Shown in pieces: positions 19,905 through 30,012 of a stretch of DNA of 64,000 nt. Under the pieces are notes generated by a model. It saw nothing but the letters and a program-made list of their open reading frames with translations. It had not been told where the DNA came from and made no database searches. The DNA is from Candidatus Binatia bacterium (lineage in GTDB: Bacteria; Desulfobacterota; Binatia; Bin18): assembly GCA_963666315.2 (NCBI GenBank), contig CAXXHG010000015.1, positions 160,001 to 224,000 on the forward strand, written 5' to 3'. Made by a program: the position numbers and the translations under genes. Position 1 is the first letter of the stretch. Each line of letters starts with the position of its first letter.

Positions 19905-20778
19905 ATGAAAATTCTCAGACTTGGACTCCCCAAAGGGAGTCTTGAGGCAGCAACAATTGAGTTATTCAAGAAGTCGGGCTGGAAAGTCTCAACCAGCGCG
20001 CGCAGCTATTTTCCGAGTATCAATGACCCGACGCTGCGCTGTGTGCTTATCAGGGCTCAGGAAATGGCGCGCTATGTAGAGTCCGGGACCCTCGATGCCG
20101 GCATAACCGGCAAAGACTGGATTATGGAGAACAACTCCGATGTCGAAGTCATTATTGATCTCGTCTACTCCAAAGCGAGTTTTCAGCCCACGCGCTGGGT
20201 CCTTGCGGTTCCGCAGGACTCGCCGATCAAAGGTCTGGAGGATCTCAAGGGGGAAAAGGATAGCCACCGAGCTGGTCAACTATGCCAAACGATATTTTGC
20301 CGAACGCCAGATCCAGGTCGAGGTCGAGTTCTCCTGGGGGGCGACAGAAGCAAAGGCTGCCGACGGCCTGGTTGATGCTATCGTTGAGGTGACGGAATCC
20401 GGCTCGACGATACGCGCCCATGGTCTCAAGATCATCCATGAACTGTTTAGCTCAAACCCCCAGCTGATTGCCAACAAGCAGTCCCTGCAGGATCCACGCA
20501 AGCGGCAAAAGATCGATCAAATTGCTCTGCTGCTCAAGGGTGCACTTGCTGCGGAGGCAAAAGTCGGGATCAAGCTGAACGTCGCTAAAGAACACCTTGA
20601 TCGCATCGTCAAAATGCTGCCCAGTCTCACCGCCCCGACCGTCTCGCCGCTGTATCAAACAGACTGGTTCGCTGTGGAGAGTGTGATCAATGAAGACGTC
20701 GTCCGCGAGCTGATTCCGCAGCTTATCAAGAGCGGGGCGGTCGGCATCATCGAATACCCTCTGAATAAAATCATTTAG
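19905..20778 (+). pseudogene. hisG: ATP phosphoribosyltransferase (long form), split by a +1 frameshift
   Basis: [17 protein letters not shown] and DAGITGKDW in one frame; [15 protein letters not shown] and [10 protein letters not shown] in the +1 frame. Extra G in CTCAAGGGGGAAAAGGATA near 20249-20253. Confidence 0.85.
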
Positions 20779-20784
20779 CCACAA

Positions 20785-20810
20785 AAAAGGGAGCCTATGG
20801 GCTCCCTTTT
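20785..20810. terminator. Bidirectional rho-independent terminator
   Basis: AAAAGGGAGCC-tatg-GGCTCCCTTTT between convergent hisG and the ferredoxin gene. Confidence 0.85.
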
Positions 20811-20837
20811 CGCTCTCGTTGGCTCGGCTATTCCGGC

Positions 20838-21308
20838 CTACGGGGTTGCCTCTTCGACTTCCAAACCAATCGAGGTTAAAAAGCTCTCTTTCTCTCCGCC
20901 CGGCATAATATAGATGCCTTCCCAGCCACACACCTCTTCACAGAGCTTGCATCCTACACACGTCTTCTCTTCCACTTCGACGCGTCCGAGATACTGGGGA
21001 CCATTGTTCGCGGACGGATAGATGCAATCGAAAGGACACACATCAATGCACACGCCACAGCCATTACAGTTATCCTGGTGGACGATGGCAATGGGGCGTT
21101 CTACCCGTTTGAGCACGTGGGTCATGTTACCAAAGGTATCCAGGATGGCGTCGTCTGGGCAAATGACTCCGCACGCGCCACAATCCACACACAGAGTCGC
21201 TTCAATAAGATAGGCCTTTTTTGGATCCCCGCTGATGGCTTTAGTGGGGCAGCGTTTTTCACACGCGCTGCAACCGGTGCAGTTCTCGGCGATTATCGTA
21301 AACGGCAT
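20838..21308 (-). CDS. Polyferredoxin with four 4Fe-4S motifs
   Basis: CTGCSACEKRCP, CVDCGACGVICP, CNGCGVCIDVCP and CVGCKLCEEVCG. Confidence 0.9.
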   Translation of the reverse strand: MPFTIIAENCTGCSACEKRCPTKAISGDPKKAYLIEATLCVDCGACGVICPDDAILDTFGNMTHVLKRVERPIAIVHQDNCNGCGVCIDVCPFDCIYPSANNGPQYLGRVEVEEKTCVGCKLCEEVCGWEGIYIMPGGEKESFLTSIGLEVEEATP

Positions 21309-21321
21309 GCGGTCCGCCTCC

Positions 21322-21507
21322 CTATTCCTGCATCTCTTTTAAGATTTCATCGGCTCGACCTTCTTCGATCAACTGGTCATTCTTACGTCCCTCGCGAAAG
21401 GCAAGCCAGGTGAAATAAAAGATCAAAAACATGAGGCCGACAATAGGAATGTTATCGGGCTTCAGCAGGATTTCTATAAATTGATCCCAACCTGATTCGT
21501 GCATCAT
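21322..21507 (-). CDS. Small membrane protein (KPDNIPIV motif)
   Basis: 61 aa with one TM helix. Lies directly upstream of the ferredoxin gene, whose RBS GGAGG follows its stop. Confidence 0.65.
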   Translation of the reverse strand: MMHESGWDQFIEILLKPDNIPIVGLMFLIFYFTWLAFREGRKNDQLIEEGRADEILKEMQE

Positions 21508-21719
21508 TAGGCAAGAGCTTTATCGAGTCTTGGGGTTGTTGTCAATATCGAACTGTCCATGTCGGCGTATACTTTCTCATCTCTGCATTCAGTATGAATA
21601 ATACACGAGATTCTCTCGTGTACACAAGCTTTCCCTCACGCTTCCCTCCCCTTGCGGAGGTCAGACTTTCCGGTATAAAGGGGAGCGATTCTGCACAGAC
21701 ATAAGGGGTAAAGAAATCC

Positions 21720-22667
21720 ATGCTACGCTGGCTTCCGGAAGACGTATCCCCATACGGGGCAGGCATCGATTCGCTCTTCTATCTTATCTACTACATCACA
21801 GCGGCCGCTTTCATTCTGGTCACCGCGCTCATGATCATCTTCTTGTACCAGTATCGCCATAATGACAACCGCCGGGCAATATACACCCATGGCAACACCT
21901 CCCTAGAGTTGGTGTGGACCATCATTCCCGCCCTGGTCTTTATTGGGCTCGGACTGGCAAGTAAGTCGCTCTGGGAAGAAATTAAACTCACCATCCCGGA
22001 AACCGACGAGGTCATTCAAATCACCGGCAAACAGTTCAACTGGGAAATCCTCTACCCCGGCCCTGACCGAGAATTTGAGACTGGAGACGATTATCAAGTC
22101 GATAACGATATCCACGTCCCAGTCGGCAAACCAATTCGCGTCCTCCTACAGTCTAAGGATGTCATCCATAGCTTATTTCTGCCGAATCTGCGCTTTAAAC
22201 AAGATACAATGCCAGGCCGAACGATCGAGGCCTGGTTTCAGGCGAATAAACCCGGCAAGTACGAAATGCCATGCGCTGAACTGTGTGGGTTCGGCCATTC
22301 GGGCATGAAAGGCTGGCTGTATGCCGATACGCCTGAAGACTACGCCGCGTGGTTCAAGAAGCGTTGGCCAGATGCAGCTCTGAACGGCGCCCCTGCTTCG
22401 GAGGCTCAGGAAGAAGTTGCAGCTGCAGCACCAGCGGCCGAGTCTAGCCAAGACGCAGCTGATCAGGCTGCGCCACCGGCGACAGCTAACTTGCAGCCGA
22501 CAGAGGAAGCGCCCCCTGAAGCCGCAGGAGAAACGGTCACTGAAGCCGCTCAAGAAACGACTGAGGCCGCCGGAGAAACAGTCGAAGCTGCAACCGACCA
22601 CACGCAAGAGGATGGGAACGAAGCCGCTACTAGCGTTGAGGATGCGGTCGAAGAAGCGGCTGAATAA
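21720..22667 (+). CDS. coxB: Cytochrome c oxidase subunit II with an acidic Ala/Glu tail
   Basis: LELVWTIIP, DVIHS and CuA ligands CAELCGFGHSGM. Confidence 0.94.
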   Translation: MLRWLPEDVSPYGAGIDSLFYLIYYITAAAFILVTALMIIFLYQYRHNDNRRAIYTHGNTSLELVWTIIPALVFIGLGLASKSLWEEIKLTIPETDEVIQITGKQFNWEILYPGPDREFETGDDYQVDNDIHVPVGKPIRVLLQSKDVIHSLFLPNLRFKQDTMPGRTIEAWFQANKPGKYEMPCAELCGFGHSGMKGWLYADTPEDYAAWFKKRWPDAALNGAPASEAQEEVAAAAPAAESSQDAADQAAPPATANLQPTEEAPPEAAGETVTEAAQETTEAAGETVEAATDHTQEDGNEAATSVEDAVEEAAE

Positions 22668-22693
22668 ACAGCCCACAAGACAGGAGAGAGTCA

Positions 22694-24469
22694 ATGAGTG
22701 ACGCAGGAGCCGTCGCCACGCACGCGACACATGCAGAGCACCACGAGCTAGGATTTATCCGCACGTATATTTTCTCGACTGATCACAAAATGATCGGCCG
22801 CCAGTTTTTGTTCTCAGCCATCCTCATGCTCATCTTTGGCGGCCTCATGGCGATGATGATGCGCTGGGAGCTGGCCTGGCCTGAGACCCCGGTTCCGTTT
22901 ACCAGTTGGATCTCTGAGCCGTTCATGTATGCCGAGCCAGAGCATGGTCTATACGGCGCGTATATGGACCCGGCCTTTTACAACTCGCTGTTCACCATGC
23001 ATGCCACGATCATGATCTTTTTTGTGGTGATGCCGTTTCTGATAGGCGGGTTCGGCAATTTCCTCATTCCACTCATGATCGGCGCTGGCGACATGGCCTT
23101 TCCACTGTTGAACCTGCTTTCATTTTGGACGGCGGTGCCAGCTATTGGTCTCATCCTGTACAGCTTCTTCGTGGAAGGTGGGGCCGCCGCTGGCGGTTGG
23201 ACTATGTACGCCACCTTATCCGCAGATCCCACCCTGAGCGGTGTGGATGCCGGTGTGAACCTGTGGATCATCAGCCTGCTCGTCCTGGGTGTCTCCTCTC
23301 TGATGGGTGCGGTCAACTATATCACCACGATCATCAACATGCGGGCGCCGGGGATGACCTGGTTCCGCATGCCTTTGGTTGTCTGGTCCTTGTTCATCAC
23401 CGCGATCTTGTTACTACTGGCGCTGCCAGTGCTGACTGCCGCGCTCGGCATGTTGCTGTTCGATCGGACTATGGGCACGAGTTTCTTCTTACCTGCTGGC
23501 GGTGGAGAACCTATCCTGTGGCAACATTTGTTCTGGTTCTTCGGTCATCCCGAAGTGTATGTCCTGGTGCTACCCGCCATGGGTGTCACCTCAGACATTC
23601 TCGCCACCTTCTCGCGTAAGCCCATTTTTGGTTACAAAGCCATGGCCTTCTCTATGATCTCTTTGGCGTTTCTGTCTTGGATCGTATGGGGCCATCATAT
23701 GTTTGTGAGTGGCATGAACCCGGTTCTGGGGACAGCCTTCATGCTCACTACGATGGTCATTGCCGTCCCCTCAGCCATTAAGACGTTTAATTGGCTCGGC
23801 ACCTTATGGGGCGGCAATATTCGTTTTGCCAGCCCGATGCTGTTTGCCTTGGGTTTCGTGTCTAACTTTGTGATTGGTGGTTTAAGCGGCATTTATATGG
23901 CCTCAACCCCGGTCGACATCTTCATGCACGACACCTACTTCATTGTCGCCCACTTCCACTATGTCGTGGCAGGCATCATCTTTGGCATGTTTGCCGCACT
24001 CTACTATTGGTTCCCGAAACTCTTTGGCCGCATGATGAACGAAAAGCTGGCCAAGACGCATTTCTTCCTGACGTATATCTTCTTCAACTGTGCCTTCTTT
24101 CCTATGCACTTCTTGGGCGTGGCCGGTCATATGCGCCGTATCTACAACCCCCTGCAGTATGAGTTTCTGCACGATATGCAGTGGTGGAACGTCTTTATCA
24201 CCATGAGCGCGCTCTGTCTGGCTGCCTCCCAGATCATCTTTTTTGTGAACTTTGTCTGGAGTTTATTTGCCGGAAAGAAAGCCGAAAATAACCCGTGGGA
24301 CGCCAACACTTTGGAATGGACGGTACCCTCTCCTCCGGGGCACGGAAACTTTGACACAACGCCGACCGTGTATCGAGGTCCATACGAGTACAGCTCCCCT
24401 CTGGTGAAGGAAGACTGGTTACCGCAGGATCGGCAACTCGGCCCGGCAGCGGCTAGCGCCTCACATTAA
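22694..24469 (+). CDS. coxA: Cytochrome c oxidase subunit I (A1 type)
   Basis: STDHK, TMHATIMIF, FWFFGHPEVY, WGHHMF and HDTYFIVAHFHYV motifs. Confidence 0.97.
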   Translation: MSDAGAVATHATHAEHHELGFIRTYIFSTDHKMIGRQFLFSAILMLIFGGLMAMMMRWELAWPETPVPFTSWISEPFMYAEPEHGLYGAYMDPAFYNSLFTMHATIMIFFVVMPFLIGGFGNFLIPLMIGAGDMAFPLLNLLSFWTAVPAIGLILYSFFVEGGAAAGGWTMYATLSADPTLSGVDAGVNLWIISLLVLGVSSLMGAVNYITTIINMRAPGMTWFRMPLVVWSLFITAILLLLALPVLTAALGMLLFDRTMGTSFFLPAGGGEPILWQHLFWFFGHPEVYVLVLPAMGVTSDILATFSRKPIFGYKAMAFSMISLAFLSWIVWGHHMFVSGMNPVLGTAFMLTTMVIAVPSAIKTFNWLGTLWGGNIRFASPMLFALGFVSNFVIGGLSGIYMASTPVDIFMHDTYFIVAHFHYVVAGIIFGMFAALYYWFPKLFGRMMNEKLAKTHFFLTYIFFNCAFFPMHFLGVAGHMRRIYNPLQYEFLHDMQWWNVFITMSALCLAASQIIFFVNFVWSLFAGKKAENNPWDANTLEWTVPSPPGHGNFDTTPTVYRGPYEYSSPLVKEDWLPQDRQLGPAAASASH

Positions 24470-24610
24470 GGTACAAACAGGCTGCACCTTGCCCGGTCGT
24501 ACTCTGATATAGTCAACACAGGAGAGCGACCGGGCTTTTCTGTTTATTCGGAGGAAAGACAGTATCGGGACTGGAGAAGCGGGAATTTTTTCCAGCCCAT
24601 ATTCCAGCTC

Positions 24611-25564
24611 ATGGTTACGGAGAAGATCGTTTTGGCCTCTCTCGATCACGACTCAGCCTGGCCTCATCGGATTGCCGTACTCACAGCAATCATGACCCTG
24701 CCGCTGCTTTTTGTGGGTGGATTAGTGACCAGTCTCAAGGTCGGTATGGTTGTCCCCGATTGGCCGACCACCTTTGGTTATAATATGTTCCTCTACCCAT
24801 GGTCGAAGATGATAGGCGGCATCTTCTACGAACATAGTCACCGTTTACTCGGATCGGCCGTCGGCCTGCTCACAATCGTGCTGGCAGGCGTGCTCTGGTT
24901 CAAGGAATCTCGGCAATGGCTGCGTTGGCTCGGTCTCATTGCGCTTGGCGCAGTCATTCTTCAAGGAGTTCTTGGCGGACTGCGGGTGATTCTTGTGCAG
25001 CCCAAGATCGCCATTATTCATGCCTGCGTTGCACAGGTATTTTTTGCCCTGGTGACAAGCCTGGCCCTTTTTACTTCTAGAGAATGGAAATCGTATATAC
25101 AGCAAACGCCCTCAAAAGCGACAAGAAAAACAAGACAACTCGGTCTATATACAACTGGGCTAATCTATGCCCAGCTCATCCTGGGAGCAATTTTTCGCCA
25201 CACCGGTGCCGGTCTGAGCCTGCATATTCTGGGAGCCGTTGTCGTATTCATCAGCGTCTTTCTCCTCGTCGATCACATGCAACAATACCATGCTGACCAA
25301 CCATTGCTGATGCGTTCAGCTCTTGTCCTACGCAGACTACTTTTGATACAAGTCGGTCTCGGGTTTTTCACGTACGTCGTCAAATATCTTGCCGCAGACG
25401 GCCCCTTGACGTCACAGGCCGTCCTCTTCGCAACGAGTCATGTCATTATCGGCGCGGTCATGCTGGTGACCAGCGTCCGTTTCACCCTGCGCGCCTATCA
25501 CATTCTTGGCGAGCCTCAGACACCAACATTACAACCCATTTTCTCGGAGCAGGTCAGCATATGA
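24611..25564 (+). CDS. ctaA: Heme A synthase (COX15/CtaA)
   Basis: GGLVTS...VPDWP, FYEHSHR, LQGVLGGLRV, multiple TM helices and its position in the cox operon. Confidence 0.88.
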   Translation: MVTEKIVLASLDHDSAWPHRIAVLTAIMTLPLLFVGGLVTSLKVGMVVPDWPTTFGYNMFLYPWSKMIGGIFYEHSHRLLGSAVGLLTIVLAGVLWFKESRQWLRWLGLIALGAVILQGVLGGLRVILVQPKIAIIHACVAQVFFALVTSLALFTSREWKSYIQQTPSKATRKTRQLGLYTTGLIYAQLILGAIFRHTGAGLSLHILGAVVVFISVFLLVDHMQQYHADQPLLMRSALVLRRLLLIQVGLGFFTYVVKYLAADGPLTSQAVLFATSHVIIGAVMLVTSVRFTLRAYHILGEPQTPTLQPIFSEQVSI

Positions 25565-26466
25565 TACCGCAAACACAGACCATGGGGCTGGACTTGGCCC
25601 ACACCCGCCACCGCTTGGCCGCCTTTGTCGAACTCACCAAACCACGCTTAGTAAGTATGATCCTGGTGACGACAACCGCCGGTTTTTATCTCGGCTCTTG
25701 GCTCAGCATTGACTATGGACTCCTGTTGCACACCCTGATCGGCACTGGGCTCGCTGGTGGTGGTACTCTCGCCCTCAATCAACTCATAGAGCGTGAGGCA
25801 GATGCCCTGATGGATCGGACAAAAACACGCCCGCTGCCGGATGGCCGGTTGCGGCCAATGGACGCCCTTATATTTGGGGCGCTGCTGACCTCGGTTGGGT
25901 TGGTCTACCTCATGCTGGTGGTGAACCCGTTGAGCGCTTTGGTTACCGCGCTTATCACAGTGAGCTATTTATTTGCCTACACCCCTTTAAAGAAAAAGAC
26001 TGCACTGTGTGGCATCGTTGGGGCAGTGCCTGGCGCACTGCCTCCCGTCATTGGTTGGGTAGCCATCAATGGCACGCTGAGTATCGAAGCCTGGATTTTG
26101 TTCTCGATTATGTTTTTGTGGCAAATGCCACACTCCCTGGCTATCGGCTGGCTGTACCGGGAAGACTATGCACGCGCCGGCTTTCAGCTCTTACCGGTTA
26201 TTGAACCGGACGGCCGCAGCACCGGGCGGCAGGTTGTCACCAACTGTCTTGCCCTCTTAGCCGTTGGCCTACTGCCAACCCTCGTCGGTCTAGCCGGACC
26301 CCGCTATTTTGTTGTGGCATTTTGCCTAGGCTGTCTGTTCTTGTGGTACGGTATTCTCTTGGCACGAACGCGTTCGCGTGAGTCCGCACGGCAGCTCATG
26401 TTTGTCTCGCTTGTGTATTTGCCGGTCTTGCTGACCGCCATGGCTCTGGATAAGATTCCACTCTGA
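25561..26466 (+). CDS. ctaB: Protoheme IX farnesyltransferase (heme O synthase)
   Basis: ELTKPR, NQLIEREADALMDRTKTRPLP, YTPLKK, GALPPVIGW and WQMPH motifs. Confidence 0.95.
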   Translation: MIPQTQTMGLDLAHTRHRLAAFVELTKPRLVSMILVTTTAGFYLGSWLSIDYGLLLHTLIGTGLAGGGTLALNQLIEREADALMDRTKTRPLPDGRLRPMDALIFGALLTSVGLVYLMLVVNPLSALVTALITVSYLFAYTPLKKKTALCGIVGAVPGALPPVIGWVAINGTLSIEAWILFSIMFLWQMPHSLAIGWLYREDYARAGFQLLPVIEPDGRSTGRQVVTNCLALLAVGLLPTLVGLAGPRYFVVAFCLGCLFLWYGILLARTRSRESARQLMFVSLVYLPVLLTAMALDKIPL

Positions 26467-26623
26467 GCAAAGGGGTGTTTCCTGAAGTTGGTAACCCGAG
26501 TCGCACGGCAGGACAAGAATTACTCCTTAGGCTGTAGGCTCGCATTCTTCATCGTGCTGTATATTGCGGCAACGACCTGTTTTATTATTTTCGTGTAGTC
26601 AAGCCGAGCGAAACGCACCGCGT

Positions 26624-27301
26624 ATGTCGCACGCATCAATCGTACCTGCCACACCCGCCGCACCCGCTCCGATTTCCCCTCCGAACGATGTATTGACCGC
26701 TGTGCCGAGCCTCGGTGGCCCGCGCCCGCCCCGCGCCTCACAACCACCGATGAGTAACGCCCGCATGGGCATGCTGATGTTGATCGGTGCAGAAACCATG
26801 TTTTTCGCTGGTTTAATAGGTGCCTATGTAGTTTTCCGGTTTGGCAGTCAGGTCTGGCCCTCAGGCCGTTTATACCTGCCTGTCGGAGTGACCGGGGTGA
26901 ATACGTGTTTTCTCCTGTTCAGTTGCTACACCATGCACCGGGCTCTCAAGTCTATCCGGTCTGGCCGGGCAAACCAGCAGCAGCCGTTTGTCAAATGGCT
27001 CACCATTACAGCGCTGCTAGGCAGCATTTTTCTGGGCGTGCAAGGCTATGAGTGGATCCAACTCGTCCGTGATGGTCTGACAATCTCCACGGGCATGTAT
27101 GGCGCGACTTTCTACACCCTGATTGGTTGCCACGGCTTGCATGTGCTTGCGGCCGTACTCTGGCTGGGTATTGTATTGCTGCAAGCCCGACGTGGCAAGT
27201 TTTCAGACCACAGCCATATCGGCGTCGAGACGTGCAGCATGTATTGGTACTACGTCGGCGCTCTGTGGCTAGTGCTATTCCCCCTCGTCTATTTGAATTA
27301 A
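26624..27301 (+). CDS. Cytochrome c oxidase subunit III (copy 1)
   Basis: AETMFFAGL, FLGVQGYEW, FYTLIGCHGLHV and MYWYYV motifs. Confidence 0.88.
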   Translation: MSHASIVPATPAAPAPISPPNDVLTAVPSLGGPRPPRASQPPMSNARMGMLMLIGAETMFFAGLIGAYVVFRFGSQVWPSGRLYLPVGVTGVNTCFLLFSCYTMHRALKSIRSGRANQQQPFVKWLTITALLGSIFLGVQGYEWIQLVRDGLTISTGMYGATFYTLIGCHGLHVLAAVLWLGIVLLQARRGKFSDHSHIGVETCSMYWYYVGALWLVLFPLVYLN

Positions 27302-27311
27302 AACAGAGCCT

Positions 27312-27656
27312 ATGCGAATACGTCACGCGCCTCAATTGCCCGTCCGCTGCTATACGACTGCATACCTGACGATTGCATTCTTGGCCGTGTTAAGCATGCT
27401 GGCATTAGCCGCGAGCCAAGACGCCCTAGCACAAGGATGCGCGATGTGCCAGACTCTTTTTCCCAGTGAAAACGCAACCTTGGTTCAGGGTATGTTACGC
27501 AGCGCCTTCTTTTTAATGGCCATGCCGTTCGTCGTATTCGGTTCCATAGCCGGCTGTATTTTTTACCGCTACTGGAAGATGAATCGCTCATCACGAGCAG
27601 AAGGGACGATAATACCTTTCCAGGTCATGTCGACACCGAAGGAGGAACGACCTTGA
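27312..27656 (+). CDS. Small membrane protein with a CAMC motif (cox operon accessory)
   Basis: Signal-like segment, AQGCAMCQT and one TM helix, embedded between the two subunit III genes. Confidence 0.65.
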   Translation: MRIRHAPQLPVRCYTTAYLTIAFLAVLSMLALAASQDALAQGCAMCQTLFPSENATLVQGMLRSAFFLMAMPFVVFGSIAGCIFYRYWKMNRSSRAEGTIIPFQVMSTPKEERP

Positions 27657-28276
27657 GCGAAGCTGTTATAGACGCCCATGTCCACGTGAAGCAGCCTGCA
27701 GAATCACCAGTCACCCCAGAGAGCTGGGGCAAGCTGGGGATGTGGGTTTTCCTCGCTGGTGACGCGATGTCCTTTGGTGGACTTTTAGCCGGTTACGGCG
27801 CGATCCGCGCGAGTAGTCCGGACTGGCCCAATCCACTTCAGACACTGGGAATCCAGCTCACCGCCTTCATGACCTTCCTGCTGATTGTCAGCAGCTTTAC
27901 TATGGTCAAAGCCCTGTCCGCAGCAAAACACAACGATCTGGCCGGATTCCGCAAATTCATGCTGCTGACTATTCTCGGTGGAACCGTCTTTTTGGGACTG
28001 CAGGCCTATGAGTGGACGCATCTAACCCATGTAGGCATGACCATGAGTGAGAATCCATGGGGTGCCTCTTTGTTTGGTACGACCTTTTACGTCCTAACCG
28101 GCTTTCATGGCTGTCACGTCTTTAGCGGGGTGGTGTATCTATCCTGCGTTCTGTGGACAGGCATCGGAGGCAGATTCACGGGAGACAATGCCAGTCCAGT
28201 TGAGATTGTCGGCCTGTATTGGCACTTTGTGGATCTGGTGTGGATCTTGGTCTTTACCTTTGTATACCTGCTGTAG
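27653..28276 (+). CDS. coxC: Cytochrome c oxidase subunit III (copy 2)
   Basis: KLGMWVFLAGD, FLGLQAYEW, TGFHGCHV and [11 protein letters not shown] motifs. Confidence 0.92.
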   Translation: MSEAVIDAHVHVKQPAESPVTPESWGKLGMWVFLAGDAMSFGGLLAGYGAIRASSPDWPNPLQTLGIQLTAFMTFLLIVSSFTMVKALSAAKHNDLAGFRKFMLLTILGGTVFLGLQAYEWTHLTHVGMTMSENPWGASLFGTTFYVLTGFHGCHVFSGVVYLSCVLWTGIGGRFTGDNASPVEIVGLYWHFVDLVWILVFTFVYLL

Positions 28277-28285
28277 ATGGGAGAT

Positions 28286-28627
28286 ATGATGGCAAGCGAA
28301 CATGCTGAGCATGCAGAACCGAACTATTTCGCCATTATGGTGATACTCACCATTCTGACGATTATCGAAATCATCATTCCCCAACTCATTTCAGCAAAAC
28401 TGACTGCGGGGACGCTGCTTGTTTCTCTGGCAGTTGTGAAAGCCGTCATCGTCGCACTGTATTTCATGCATCTCCGGTTCGAACGAACACTCCTCGGGGT
28501 CATTGCCATGACGCCAATGGTGATCTGTGTCTTTCTCATTGTGATGTTACTGCCAGACCTGACTGCAAGTACGAAAACCTACACGCCACCTGAGAAACCC
28601 GTTGTCAGCGAAACGGGTCACCATTAA
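28286..28627 (+). CDS. coxD: Cytochrome c oxidase subunit IV
   Basis: Three TM helices with AVVKAVIVALYFMHLRFE. Confidence 0.88.
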   Translation: MMASEHAEHAEPNYFAIMVILTILTIIEIIIPQLISAKLTAGTLLVSLAVVKAVIVALYFMHLRFERTLLGVIAMTPMVICVFLIVMLLPDLTASTKTYTPPEKPVVSETGHH

Positions 28628-28636
28628 CCCCCACGC

Positions 28637-29290
28637 ATGTCGGCTCCCCAGGCCCAAGAGCTTCGGTCCCAGCAGCTCATCTGGGGGGCGCTTGGGCTAG
28701 TCCTGGCTGGCGTTATTGGCTACGGCGCGTGGTCTAGCTTCTCAGCCCCTTCAGACTCAGTGCTATCAGGTAGGCTGCCTATCTATGGCCAAGTCCCGGA
28801 ATTCTCGCTGATCGAGCGCAGTCAGCAACCCGTTACACACACCGACCTTCTTGGGTCAATCTGGATCGCCGACTTTATTTTTACTCATTGTCCGGGCATG
28901 TGCCCAATGTTGAGCCAGCGCATGTCACGCTTGCAGAAGACTCTGCACAACGAACCCGTCCGTTTGCTCTCTTTTAGTGTTGACCCTGAACGAGACACAC
29001 CCCAGGTCTTACAGCGTTATGCCCAGCGCTACCACGCGGATGCGCTGCGCTGGCTCTTCTTGACCGGCGAGCGCAGCCAGATGTATGCCCTTATTCAACA
29101 CGGGTTTCAGCTCAGTGTGGAAGCCCTGGACCCACATGACCCACGGCTGACCACAAGTGAGCCTATCGTACACAGTAACCGTTTTGTATTAATAGACCCG
29201 CAGCTCCACATCAGGGGCTATTACCGTGGGGATGATACCGCATCGATGGAACAACTGCTTCTCGATATTGAGACCCTCAAACAGGAATAG
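28637..29290 (+). CDS. SCO1/SenC copper chaperone
   Basis: FIFTHCPGMCP, SVDPERDTP and HSNRFVLID motifs. Confidence 0.93.
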   Translation: MSAPQAQELRSQQLIWGALGLVLAGVIGYGAWSSFSAPSDSVLSGRLPIYGQVPEFSLIERSQQPVTHTDLLGSIWIADFIFTHCPGMCPMLSQRMSRLQKTLHNEPVRLLSFSVDPERDTPQVLQRYAQRYHADALRWLFLTGERSQMYALIQHGFQLSVEALDPHDPRLTTSEPIVHSNRFVLIDPQLHIRGYYRGDDTASMEQLLLDIETLKQE

Positions 29291-29315
29291 CCAAGCGAGG
29301 ATCACAATACAGCGT

Positions 29316-29894
29316 TCATTTAGGCACTGCTCGCTGAGCGGCTCCGGCCTGCGTAAGGGGGGTCACAACCTCGGCGTGCTGCTTACCGCCCATATTCCAT
29401 AACCGCCGGTCACGGGCACGGCTCAGGGCCGTTGCTCCGGATGCCGTATTTGCTGCGACGTCTACCCCTTGCTCAAGAAAGAACCTGACCATATCTGCAT
29501 GACCATAGATAGCGGCACGCATCAATGCCGTCGTTCCATCCGCAGTCCCTGCGTTAATATCAGCCCCAGCACCGAGTAAGATCCACGCTATGGCGTCCTT
29601 TCCTTCCGCCGCCGCCCACATCAGAGCCGTGTACCCATACGCATCCCGGGCTTCGATATCAGACCCGGCATCGATCTGCTGTAAAAGACGCTGCGGATCA
29701 TTTTCCTTCACTGTCGCGATAACAGCGGGATCTGCTGGGCGGACATATTTTTTATCCTCGCCCATGCCCTGACCGAGCCTCTCGAAAGGGACACTAAAGG
29801 GATCCGTCCATTGCGGAGTAAGCACCGGCGTTTTGCCCGATTGAGGCCACAGCAACAACAAGAGCAGCAGAAGCATCCAAAACCATATCCACAT
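29316..29894 (-). CDS. Ankyrin repeat protein with a hydrophobic N-terminus
   Basis: GYTALMWAA, GADIN, GTTALMRAA and GATAL repeats. Confidence 0.85.
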   Translation of the reverse strand: MWIWFWMLLLLLLLLWPQSGKTPVLTPQWTDPFSVPFERLGQGMGEDKKYVRPADPAVIATVKENDPQRLLQQIDAGSDIEARDAYGYTALMWAAAEGKDAIAWILLGAGADINAGTADGTTALMRAAIYGHADMVRFFLEQGVDVAANTASGATALSRARDRRLWNMGGKQHAEVVTPLTQAGAAQRAVPK

Positions 29895-30012
29895 ACCCTG
29901 CTGCTGTCGGCTGAAATCCCCAGCTATTTATGGCTGCTGTATTTTTTTAAGCAGGCACTCCCTTGACTCGGATAGGAAGAATGGCCTAATTTTTTAGGGG
30001 CATAAAGTAAAT

